In this document: positions 25,452 through 32,462 of the stretch, in pieces | Position numbering within the stretch: position 1 is the stretch's first letter | How the letters are laid out: every line of letters starts with the position of its first letter | From: a virus | IMG/VR virus record: IMGVR_UViG_3300020202_000053 | Span: 1 to 38,848 of that record | Length of the DNA stretch: 38,848 bases | Strand: one strand, 5' to 3' | The notes under the pieces: model-generated | Seen by the model: only the letters and a program-made list of their open reading frames with translations | Database searches by the model: none | What the model was told of the DNA's origin: nothing | Translations under genes and position numbers: made by a program

Positions 25452-25497
25452 ATCTTGCGATTTCCGCATTGACATGCGATTGCGGTTATCGCAAGAT
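25452..25497 (+). promoter_or_regulatory. Rightward early promoter overlapped by two more TTGCG-N5-CGCAA operators
   Basis: TTGACA lies at 25469-25474, then 17 nt, then CAAGAT at 25492-25497. Operators are 25455-25469 (TTGCGatttcCGCAT) and 25480-25494 (TTGCGgttatCGCAA). A 10-bp inverted repeat ATCTTGCGAT/ATCGCAAGAT frames the site. Confidence 0.6.
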
Positions 25498-25504
25498 CAT
25501 TCCT

Positions 25505-25609
25505 GTCAGCACGACGCATCCGAGGCGTCTCCTGACCCGGGATAGCGCTTCCTCCCATGGCTCCCCGGAACTTGGCCCTAGGCGCTGCGAAAGCTGGCTG
25601 CCTAGGGCC
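25505..25609 (+). promoter_or_regulatory. Structured 5-prime leader: two strong stem-loops
   Basis: Hairpin 1, 25505-25536: GTCAG-cac-GACGC-loop7-GCGTC-tc-CTGAC. Hairpin 2, 25574-25609: GGCCCTAGGC-loop16-GCCTAGGGCC. Neither is followed by a U-run. Confidence 0.5.
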
Positions 25610-25632
25610 GCTCCTTCGAGATGGAGAGCCAA

Positions 25633-25815
25633 ATGGCCCAGATGATCGACTTCCTCGCCGCCCACGGGATCGCCGCCGCCGCCACTCCTGACGGGCGCAT
25701 CGCCGGGACTATCGGCTACTCGCGCCGCCGGCCGGACGGCTCCGTGGAGTTCGGCGACCGCACCGAGGTCATCGAGCCGACCTGGAAGGCCGTGCGCGGC
25801 TTCGCTGGCTACTGA
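25633..25815 (+). CDS. Hypothetical early protein (60 aa from ATG 25633; track start 25621)
   Basis: ORF track frame. GGAGAG lies 5 nt upstream of ATG 25633. Confidence 0.5.
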   Translation: MAQMIDFLAAHGIAAAATPDGRIAGTIGYSRRRPDGSVEFGDRTEVIEPTWKAVRGFAGY

Positions 25816-25844
25816 CCATCTCCACTAACCGGAGCGCCCGAGAC

Positions 25845-26099
25845 ATGGCCGACATCGACCTGAACATCACCGTCAGCGTGGCAGCGGACAGAATTGTCAA
25901 CGAACTGGTCAGTCAGTCGAATGACAAGCAGCTGTCGGCCATGACCCAGCGCCTGCTGTCGAATATGGGCAGCAGCTACGTCCATGACGTGATCTTCCAA
26001 GCACTGGACATCGACCAGCTTCAGGATTTGGTGAACTGGCTCGTCAACACGCAGGGCTTCATCCCCGAGGGCTACGTCCGTGATCGGGAGGCTGCGTGA
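25845..26099 (+). CDS. Small acidic early protein (84 aa)
   Basis: ORF track. It has 12 Asp/Glu against 5 Lys/Arg by my count, and lower GC than its neighbours. Confidence 0.55.
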   Translation: MADIDLNITVSVAADRIVNELVSQSNDKQLSAMTQRLLSNMGSSYVHDVIFQALDIDQLQDLVNWLVNTQGFIPEGYVRDREAA

Positions 26100-26278
26100 T
26101 GCTCCACCAGTTTCGAGACATGGCGACCGTCGCCGCGGCGCTGGGCTTGAAGCCCGCCAGCCCCCGCGACGGCTCCCTGTGCGGCCCCGCCTCCGATTGC
26201 GGTGTCCCGCTGCCCTGCCCCACCCGTGAGGACTGCGACAGCGCCGGCCGCTGCCAGATGCAGAAGGAGCCGGAGTGA
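26099..26278 (+). CDS. Small Cys-rich early protein (59 aa)
   Basis: ORF track frame. A TGATG overlap couples it to the upstream gene. Confidence 0.45.
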   Translation: MLHQFRDMATVAAALGLKPASPRDGSLCGPASDCGVPLPCPTREDCDSAGRCQMQKEPE

Positions 26279-26478
26279 TGAGCCTCGCCATCTCCGAACT
26301 CACCGCCCTCCACGGCGGCAATCAGGAAGCCGCCTTCAACGCCCACCAGACGGTGGAGGCACTGGTTTTCCTCATGGTGTTCGGCCGGACGCTCAAGGCC
26401 ACCGGTCAGAGCGTGCCGCAGCCCACGGACTGCTTTGACGAGCCGCCGTACCGCCGCCCCAGCGACCTCCCCTTCTGA
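26278..26478 (+). CDS. Hypothetical early protein (66 aa)
   Basis: ORF track frame. A TGATG overlap couples it to the upstream gene. Confidence 0.45.
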   Translation: MSLAISELTALHGGNQEAAFNAHQTVEALVFLMVFGRTLKATGQSVPQPTDCFDEPPYRRPSDLPF

Positions 26479-26488
26479 GGAGCCCGCC

Positions 26489-26659
26489 ATGCACACGCAG
26501 CCCATCGCCCTGAACACGCCCGTCATCGTGGACGGCTGGCCCGCCACCGTCATTGGCCGCACCTACGAGGAGCATCCCCGCTACGAGCTGGTGACGCCCG
26601 AGCGGGTCTTCGTCTCCGACGTGCCCGGCCATGAACTCCGCCCGGCCCGCGATGCCTGA
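26489..26659 (+). CDS. Hypothetical early protein (56 aa; start refined)
   Basis: GAGGAG lies 6 nt upstream of ATG 26489. Sequence begins MHTQPIALNTPVIVDGWPATVIGRTYEEHPRYELV... Confidence 0.5.
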   Translation: MHTQPIALNTPVIVDGWPATVIGRTYEEHPRYELVTPERVFVSDVPGHELRPARDA

Positions 26660-26777
26660 CCAGACCTCCGAGGATCACGAGAACCGCGTGTTCTGGACCA
26701 CCTTCGCCGGAGCCATGCTGATCACCAGCGCCGCTCTGGTCGCCCTCAACTCCCTGCTGGAATGGGTGCTGACATGA
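26652..26777 (+). CDS. Possible 41-aa single-TM peptide
   Basis: Not in the track. It overlaps both neighbours (8 nt upstream, ATGA downstream). Sequence is MPDQTSEDHENRVFWTTFAGAMLITSAALVALNSLLEWVLT. Confidence 0.35.
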   Translation: MPDQTSEDHENRVFWTTFAGAMLITSAALVALNSLLEWVLT

Positions 26778-27025
26778 CCGTCGACCAAGCCGTCGCCCGC
26801 CTCCGCAAGGCCGGCCACCTCCTCCCCGGCTGCTTCCGCCTTACGCTGGACAGCACGGGCGCCCACTACCTGACGTACTGGGAGAAGCCCGAGGGCTCCG
26901 CCTTCGACAACTGCACGGCCCTTGCGGTCGACAGCGACGTGGGGGCGCTGCTGGGCGTGGCGGAGGGCTATGCCGCCGCCTACTGGAAGCGGACGCCCAT
27001 CCTCTCCGGCATCGCGGCGGAGTGA
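26774..27025 (+). CDS. Hypothetical early protein (83 aa; start refined)
   Basis: In frame with ORF 26762-27025, with ATGA coupling to the upstream gene. Confidence 0.5.
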   Translation: MTVDQAVARLRKAGHLLPGCFRLTLDSTGAHYLTYWEKPEGSAFDNCTALAVDSDVGALLGVAEGYAAAYWKRTPILSGIAAE

Positions 27026-27031
27026 CCGGCC

Positions 27032-27523
27032 ATGGACGCCGCCGCCCTCGCCCGCCTCGCCCGTGACCAGATCAAGGCCCGTGGTTGCCGTCCCGCCGCC
27101 CCCCTGATGGGACCGGCCAAGGAGAGCGCCCGGCTGCTGGGCGACGCCAAGCTGGTGACGCTGGACAGCTTCACCTTCCGCATCGAGGCGCCCGGGCTGC
27201 GGGTGTTCTTCGACGGCCGGCACGAGGGCAACCCCGTGACCTTCAGCCAGGGCGGAGAGGCGGAGCTGCGGGCGCTGGTGGGCCGGCTGCCGGGCATGAC
27301 CGCCCCGGATGCCGAGGAGCGCGCCAAGGAGGCCGCCGCCCGCACCGCCATGGTCGCCGGGATAGACGCAGGCGCCGCCGAGATCGTCCTGCAGTCCCGC
27401 GCCCTTGTGGAGGCCGCCGCCAGCGCCAAGGGCATGACGCCCGAACAGTACCGCGCAGAGCGCGCCGCCCGAGAAGCCGAAGCCATGCGGCGCCGTGGCT
27501 GGGGCGCCTGGTTCGGCGCCTGA
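27032..27523 (+). CDS. Hypothetical protein (163 aa)
   Basis: ORF track, with an Ala/Arg/Glu-rich helical C-terminus. Confidence 0.55.
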   Translation: MDAAALARLARDQIKARGCRPAAPLMGPAKESARLLGDAKLVTLDSFTFRIEAPGLRVFFDGRHEGNPVTFSQGGEAELRALVGRLPGMTAPDAEERAKEAAARTAMVAGIDAGAAEIVLQSRALVEAAASAKGMTPEQYRAERAAREAEAMRRRGWGAWFGA

Positions 27524-27560
27524 TCCCTCTCCCCCTCACCCTGCCCCCATAGGTGGCCCA

Positions 27561-28217
27561 ATGCCCCAGCTCAAGCCCGAACTGAAGACCATCCTCGACC
27601 GCTACGGCATCGACCCCCGCGACAAGTCGCAGGTCTGGGACTGCCACGGCACGCTGGTGCTCTACCACAAGGCCTACGAGATCATCGCGGCCAAGGAGGG
27701 CATCCAGTTCGACCCGCCCACGGTCATCGAAGCCAGCAGCAAGGACAAGACCGTCTCCCTGCTGGTGGTGGGGCGCATGGGAGGCCGGGCCGAGTGGTCC
27801 ATCGGTGAGGCGGCGCCGGGCAACTGCAAGAACGCCTACCCCTACGCCATGGCGGAGAAGCGGGCGAAGGATCGGGTGATCGGCAAGCTGGTGGGGCTGG
27901 CGGCCTACGTCTACAGCGAGGACGAGGCGGACGACTTTAAGGACACTCCCCGCCGGCCAGTCGCCAATGACGATCCGGTCGATTTCTGGGACCGCCCGTC
28001 CTACGCGATCAAGTGCCCGACCCTCAAGGACTGGGCAACCGCATTCGCTGAGAAGGCGAAGGTGGCTCCGAGCATCGCCGCGCTGGACAAGCTGATCGCC
28101 AACAACCGCGCCGACTACGACGACACGGCGGGCACGAAGACCGGGGACCGGCTGCGGGAAATCGTGGACGAGCGCCGGGACTACATCGCCAATCCCCCGG
28201 CGGAAGCGGCGGAGTAA
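27561..28217 (+). CDS. Possible ERF-like single-strand annealing protein (218 aa; start refined)
   Basis: In frame with ORF 27495-28217. The segment NAYPYAMAEKRAKDRVIGKLVGLAAYVYSEDEADDF resembles the ERF core followed by an acidic tail, from memory of P22 Erf. This is a weak call. Confidence 0.35.
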   Translation: MPQLKPELKTILDRYGIDPRDKSQVWDCHGTLVLYHKAYEIIAAKEGIQFDPPTVIEASSKDKTVSLLVVGRMGGRAEWSIGEAAPGNCKNAYPYAMAEKRAKDRVIGKLVGLAAYVYSEDEADDFKDTPRRPVANDDPVDFWDRPSYAIKCPTLKDWATAFAEKAKVAPSIAALDKLIANNRADYDDTAGTKTGDRLREIVDERRDYIANPPAEAAE

Positions 28218-28223
28218 CCGGCC

Positions 28224-28697
28224 ATGAATGCCATCTCCCCCAAGCCCGCCGCCTTCTCCGGCTCCTTCGCGGACTTCAAGACCGTCCGCACCCGGTCGGT
28301 GTGCCAGATCGTCATCGAGGTTCCGATAGAGCAGGCCGGCGCTGCCCTCGAGGCGCTGGGCGGCATCCCCGTGCCCGGGAAGGAGCCTTGGGTGGCGGTG
28401 GCCCGGCTGATGGAGAAGCCGCAGGAGGAGCCGGTGAGCCGCGCTACTCCTGCCTCCAAGAGCCTGGCGACCCGCGCTGGCATCCTCTGCAACGACCCGA
28501 TCTTCTGGCAGTACCTGAGCGAGACGTTCGGCTATGCGGAGCTGACCTGCGAGGCGAACGCCGCAGCGGCGCTCCGCCACCACATCGGCATCGCCAGCCG
28601 GCGGGACCTCGACACGGACAGGGGCGCCGCCGCGCGCTTCTCCGACCTCGACAGCCGGTTCCGGCAGTACGCGGCCCGTGGGGAGTATGCGCGATGA
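28224..28697 (+). CDS. Hypothetical protein (157 aa)
   Basis: ORF track. Confidence 0.55.
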   Translation: MNAISPKPAAFSGSFADFKTVRTRSVCQIVIEVPIEQAGAALEALGGIPVPGKEPWVAVARLMEKPQEEPVSRATPASKSLATRAGILCNDPIFWQYLSETFGYAELTCEANAAAALRHHIGIASRRDLDTDRGAAARFSDLDSRFRQYAARGEYAR

Positions 28698-29056
28698 TCC
28701 TGCCCCCGAAGCGCAAGCCCCCGAAGTCCGGCATCGCCCGCACCGTGAACCGGGAATGGCCCCGGCATCGCAAGTTCGTCCGAGGCCACGCCTGCTCCGT
28801 CCCTGGCTGCCAGGAAGGCCCGATCGAGTTCGCCCACGTCCGCCAGGGCTTCACCGCCGGCACCGGACAGAAGCCCTTCGACTGGCTGGGGATCAGCCTG
28901 TGCCACGCCCACCATGCCGAGCAGCACCGCGTCGGCCACCACGCCTTCGACAAGCTGCACGGCATCGACAGCGTGAAGCTCGCCCTCGCCTTCGCCAAGG
29001 CATCCCCCGACCTCGCCATGCGGGAAGCCATGGCCCTCACCAATGCAGCGGAGTAG
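28694..29056 (+). CDS. HNH-like / DUF968-like protein (120 aa; start refined)
   Basis: ATGA coupling at 28694. Motifs RGHACSVPGC...IEFAHVR...LCHAHHAEQHRVG. Confidence 0.5.
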   Translation: MILPPKRKPPKSGIARTVNREWPRHRKFVRGHACSVPGCQEGPIEFAHVRQGFTAGTGQKPFDWLGISLCHAHHAEQHRVGHHAFDKLHGIDSVKLALAFAKASPDLAMREAMALTNAAE

Positions 29057-29059
29057 GCC

Positions 29060-29434
29060 ATGACCACGATGGATGTAGAGGGGCTGATCCAGCGACTGCG
29101 GGAGTGGGCGCCGGGGCTTGAGCAGCACGGCTACAAGCCGACAGCGACCGCCATGAGGGACGCCGCCTCCGCCCTGGAGGCGATGAAGGAACAGGTGGAG
29201 GAGTTGCGGGCGTTTGCAGCCGTCGATGCTGGTGCAACGCTTGCGGACCGTCTGCGAGCCGACCACGCCGAAGCGGAGCGGGACAGGCTGCGGGTGGCCC
29301 TGCTGGACTGCGAGACAGCCCTGACCTTCGCCTGCGGAGCGGCTGGCTCCAGTCGCCACTGGGATGATTGGTGGCGGAAGCACTGCAACACCTACAACAG
29401 CGCCCGCGCCGCCCTCAAGGAGCCCACGCCATGA
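29060..29434 (+). CDS. Hypothetical protein (124 aa)
   Basis: ORF track. Confidence 0.55.
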   Translation: MTTMDVEGLIQRLREWAPGLEQHGYKPTATAMRDAASALEAMKEQVEELRAFAAVDAGATLADRLRADHAEAERDRLRVALLDCETALTFACGAAGSSRHWDDWWRKHCNTYNSARAALKEPTP

Positions 29435-29775
29435 AGACAGCTGAGGAGAGGGCCTGGGCTATTGCGGAGCGGTATGCCTCCAGCAAGGGAGAGGCTATGT
29501 CGCTCAAGATGGACATCCTCGCCATTGTGGCAGGAGCCGGCCAGATCAGCGCGAGTGGATGGCAGCCCATTGAGACGGCGCCGCACGCAACCGACGTGCT
29601 GCTGTACTCGCCCGTGCTTGGCAGTTTAGAGGCCAGGATGGAGGTTGGGTACGCCAGCGGCGGGCGGCGGGACGCGGTGGGCTCGACCATGTGGTACCAC
29701 GGCACCGCTACCCACTGGATGCCCCTCCCCGCCGCCCCCACCCCGGAGGCCGCCGATGACGCGCGCACAGCTTGA
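29431..29775 (+). CDS. DUF551-like protein (114 aa; start refined)
   Basis: ATGA coupling. Motifs WQPIETAP...VLLY...THWMPLP. Confidence 0.55.
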   Translation: MKTAEERAWAIAERYASSKGEAMSLKMDILAIVAGAGQISASGWQPIETAPHATDVLLYSPVLGSLEARMEVGYASGGRRDAVGSTMWYHGTATHWMPLPAAPTPEAADDARTA

Positions 29776-29920
29776 GCGCCGCCGCGCCGCCTGGCGCTGG
29801 GTGAACGAGAATTTCAGCGAGACGCAGTTCTGGGGGTACGAGCAGATCATGCAGTTTCTGGACGACAGAACGTATCAGCGCCCCACCCCGGATATTCCCA
29901 ATGCCAATGAGGGGGCGTGA
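29756..29920 (+). CDS. Hypothetical protein (54 aa; start refined)
   Basis: In frame with ORF 29645-29920. Sequence begins MTRAQLERRRAAWRWVNENFSETQFWGYEQIMQF... Confidence 0.4.
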   Translation: MTRAQLERRRAAWRWVNENFSETQFWGYEQIMQFLDDRTYQRPTPDIPNANEGA

Positions 29921-30099
29921 TGGAAAGCCTCCCCGACTTCCGCGAGTTCTACGCCGCCCGCAACCGCATGCCGCTGGGCGAATGGGGGCACCTTGGCGAG
30001 CAGTACGAGGACGTGCTGCGCCGCTTCATGGACACGGCAGCCGACTATCTCGACGCCGGCCGCGCCGCCCTATCTGTCGGAGAGAGCAATGACGCCTGA
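29920..30099 (+). CDS. Hypothetical protein (59 aa)
   Basis: ORF track frame, with TGATG coupling. Confidence 0.45.
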   Translation: MESLPDFREFYAARNRMPLGEWGHLGEQYEDVLRRFMDTAADYLDAGRAALSVGESNDA

Positions 30100-30559
30100 T
30101 GACCGCCTCTTCACGAACGCCATGCCCAGCTGGCCGCGCATCCTGACGCGGGATCTGGCCGCCGAGTACATGGACGTGACGCCCGACGAGCTGGACCGCC
30201 TCTGGCAGCGCAACCGCATCCAGGGGAAGTTCACGCATCCGATCTGGGGCGAGGCGTGGGACCTCTATGCCCTCTCCCCCATGGAGGAGAAGCGCGGCCG
30301 GAGCTTCGTCTACTTCATCCAGACCGAGAGCGGCCCCATCAAGATCGGCCACTCCAAGAACCCGGAGGAGCGGATGCGGGCCATGCAGACCGCCCACCAC
30401 GAGGAGCTGACCATGCTGTTCCAGCTCTCCGGCGGCGCCTGGATGGAGGAGCAGATGCACCGCCGGTTCTACCGCAGCCACCTGCGGGGCGAGTGGTTCA
30501 AGCCCACGCCCATGCTGGTCAACAGCATCAACGCCTGGAAGAGGATCGGTCATGGCTGA
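30089..30559 (+). CDS. Xis-like HTH fused to T5orf172 (GIY-YIG-related) domain (156 aa; start refined)
   Basis: In frame with ORF 29993-30559. The N-terminal ILTRDLAAEYMDVTPDELDRL resembles the excisionase HTH of the next gene. The C-terminal domain reads SFVYFIQTESGPIKIGHSKNPEERMRAMQT...HLRGEWFK. Confidence 0.7.
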   Translation: MTPDDRLFTNAMPSWPRILTRDLAAEYMDVTPDELDRLWQRNRIQGKFTHPIWGEAWDLYALSPMEEKRGRSFVYFIQTESGPIKIGHSKNPEERMRAMQTAHHEELTMLFQLSGGAWMEEQMHRRFYRSHLRGEWFKPTPMLVNSINAWKRIGHG

Positions 30560-30845
30560 GCCCGCCCGCCACCCGACCCAGCTCCCCGTCTCCTGCCCCC
30601 CTCGCGGCCTGAACCGCGAGCAGGCGGCGGAATATGTCGGGGTCAAGCTGACCAAGTTCCTGGAGATGGTCGAGGAGGGGCTGATGCCCCGCCCCAAGCA
30701 CATCGGCACCCGCACCGTGTGGGACCGCGTGGCCCTTGACGCCGCCTTCGATGCGCTGCCCGATAGCGGCGAAGCGTCCGAGTCGTCGGCTCCCCAGGTC
30801 ACCGCGAACCCCTGGGACAGCCTGAAGGCCAAGGGGCGCGCCTGA
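30552..30845 (+). CDS. xis: Excisionase-family HTH protein (97 aa)
   Basis: ORF track. Sequence LNREQAAEYVGVKLTKFLEMVEEGLMPRPKHIGTRTVWDRVALD. It lies directly upstream of int and is coupled to it (TGATG). Confidence 0.7.
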   Translation: MAEPARHPTQLPVSCPPRGLNREQAAEYVGVKLTKFLEMVEEGLMPRPKHIGTRTVWDRVALDAAFDALPDSGEASESSAPQVTANPWDSLKAKGRA

Positions 30846-32011
30846 TGACGGGAGCGCGGGACATGGCGGAATTTCGGCTGCGGGATGGGACCGGCTCCAT
30901 CCGCCTGAAATACATCGTGATCGACATCGACCGCTACGGCCAGGCCCGCGTCTATGTCCGCCGCGCCGGCCGCAAGAAGGTCCGTCTCAACGAGACGCCC
31001 GGTACCCCTGCCTTCATGGAGGAGTACCGCGCCGCGCTGGAGGGCCGCCCCTATGGCGCCGCGGCGATCAAGCGCCCGGTGATCGCCCAGGCCGCGCCCG
31101 GCACCCTGCGCTGGATGGTCGAGCAGTATTACGCCTGCGGCGAGTTCCGCCTACTGGACGTAGCCACGCGCCGCATGCGCCGGAACATCCTGGAAGCCCT
31201 GTGCCGGGAGCACGGCGACAAGCCGGTCAATCTGCTCTCCGAGGAGCACATCTACATCCTCCGGGACGAGAAGGCGGACACGCCCCACGCCGCGAACACG
31301 CTGCTGAAGGTGCTGCGCCACATGTTCCGCATCGGCGCCAAGCAGAAGTGGGTGCGCCGGAACGTCACCAAGGACGTGGAGCCGCTGTCCGCCCCAAGCG
31401 AGGGGCACCATAGCTGGACCGTCGAGGAGGTGAAGCAGTTCGAGGAGGCGCACCCCATCGGCACGAAGGCGCGGCTCGCCATGGCGCTGCTGCTCTACAC
31501 CGGCCAGCGCCGCTCCGATGTGGTGAAGATGGGGCCGCAGCATGTGCGCGACGGCTGGCTGACCTTCACCCAGGTCAAAAACGCCGGCCGCAAGCCCGTC
31601 CACATGTCGATACCGGTTTTGCCCGAGCTGCAGGCCATCATCGACGCAACGCCGTCCGGGCATCTGGCCTACCTGACCACGCAGTTCGGCAAGCCCTACA
31701 CCGCCGCCGGGTTCGGCAACGCCTTCCGGGACTGGTGCAATAAGGCTGGCCTTCCCCACTGCTCCGCCCACGGCCTGCGCAAGGCCGCTGCCGCGATGCT
31801 GGCGGAGCGGGGCGCGACCGAGCACCAGATCATGGCGATCACCGGCCACCGCAGCTTGTCGGAGGTGCAGCGCTACACCCGCGCCGCCCGCCAGAAGCTG
31901 CTTGCCGGAGAGGCCGCCAAGCTGATGGGCGGCGAACAGACGACGGACGAAACTGTCCAACTTTCCGGTGCGTCGGAAAAAGTTGGACAGAAACGTCCCG
32001 TAACCCCTTGA
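30845..32011 (+). CDS. int: Tyrosine recombinase / phage integrase (388 aa)
   Basis: ORF track. The catalytic region reads ...CSAHGLRKAAAAMLAERGATEHQIMAITGHRSLSEVQRYT.... The start could instead be ATG 30863. Confidence 0.93.
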   Translation: MTGARDMAEFRLRDGTGSIRLKYIVIDIDRYGQARVYVRRAGRKKVRLNETPGTPAFMEEYRAALEGRPYGAAAIKRPVIAQAAPGTLRWMVEQYYACGEFRLLDVATRRMRRNILEALCREHGDKPVNLLSEEHIYILRDEKADTPHAANTLLKVLRHMFRIGAKQKWVRRNVTKDVEPLSAPSEGHHSWTVEEVKQFEEAHPIGTKARLAMALLLYTGQRRSDVVKMGPQHVRDGWLTFTQVKNAGRKPVHMSIPVLPELQAIIDATPSGHLAYLTTQFGKPYTAAGFGNAFRDWCNKAGLPHCSAHGLRKAAAAMLAERGATEHQIMAITGHRSLSEVQRYTRAARQKLLAGEAAKLMGGEQTTDETVQLSGASEKVGQKRPVTP

Positions 32012-32145
32012 TCTATAGAGGTGCTGGAAGTGGCTGGCGACCCCGGCAGGATTGCAACAAAACAATGTTCTCAGGCCCTTGGGGCCAAGTTGGACGGCAG
32101 CGGTATCCGCCTGAATGCGTCGAAATTCGCGCGCGGTGTCCAACT
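31953..32145. other. Probable attP: tRNA-3-prime-end-like core flanked by four AGTTGGAC arm-type repeats
   Basis: On the minus strand, 32053-32035 reads AATCCTGCCGGGGTCGCCA, which fits a T-stem 3-prime strand, 7-nt acceptor strand, discriminator and CCA. AGTTGGAC or its complement occurs at 31955-31962, 31981-31988, 32088-32095 and 32138-32145, arranged symmetrically around the core. Confidence 0.5.
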
Positions 32146-32249
32146 AACTGGGGCTGTTTTTCTCCACAACCCCTGCGCGCAGCCGCGCCTGCAAACCGCC
32201 CCGCGACTTGCCCTCCCCCACCCGGTAACGCCCGTCTAGGAGCCCGCCC

Positions 32250-32462
32250 GTGACCGCATGCATCAACGACCTGCCATGGCTGCTGGACGCCGCGCACCCC
32301 GGCACGATCCGCGCCTCCGTTCCGACCGGCCCCGTGGTGCTGGTGGTCGATCCCGCCCGCCATGATGTCCCCGACGACGCCTTGGCTGAGCGCATCGCCA
32401 GCATGATCGTGGACGCCCACAACGACCGGCTGGCCCGGCTTGCCGGAGGGCTGCATCAGTGA
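32250..32462 (+). CDS. Hypothetical protein, first gene of the QueF-like/DpdA-like operon (70 aa, GTG start)
   Basis: ORF track. A GTGA overlap couples it to the next gene. Confidence 0.45.
   Translation: MTACINDLPWLLDAAHPGTIRASVPTGPVVLVVDPARHDVPDDALAERIASMIVDAHNDRLARLAGGLHQ

Noticed and set aside
25445-25645. 66-aa plus-strand ORF covering the promoter, operators and leader hairpins
   Set aside because: It would start inside the terminator/promoter junction and be read through two long palindromic stems. Cys/Arg/Ser-rich composition argues the same way. A regulatory region is the better reading.
27243-28583. 446-aa minus-strand ORF (also 26980-27561, 28444-29067 and 28532-29383 on the minus strand)
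   Set aside because: These are shadow frames opposite the coupled plus-strand early genes. They have Arg/Pro/Gly-rich composition.
32035-32053. Possible tRNA gene
   Set aside because: Only a 3-prime-end-like 19-mer is present. The adjacent TTGCAAT violates the conserved T-loop, and no D arm, anticodon arm or 5-prime acceptor strand can be formed. I interpret it as an attP core, not a tRNA gene.
31151-32143. 330-aa minus-strand ORF opposite the integrase
   Set aside because: This is a shadow frame. The integrase on the plus strand has the catalytic signature.
32008-32253. ORFs 32008-32253 and 32021-32239 (plus strand) in the int to 32250 gap
   Set aside because: They have TTG or weak starts and odd composition, and they lie over the repeat-rich attP candidate. 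I treat the region as non-coding.
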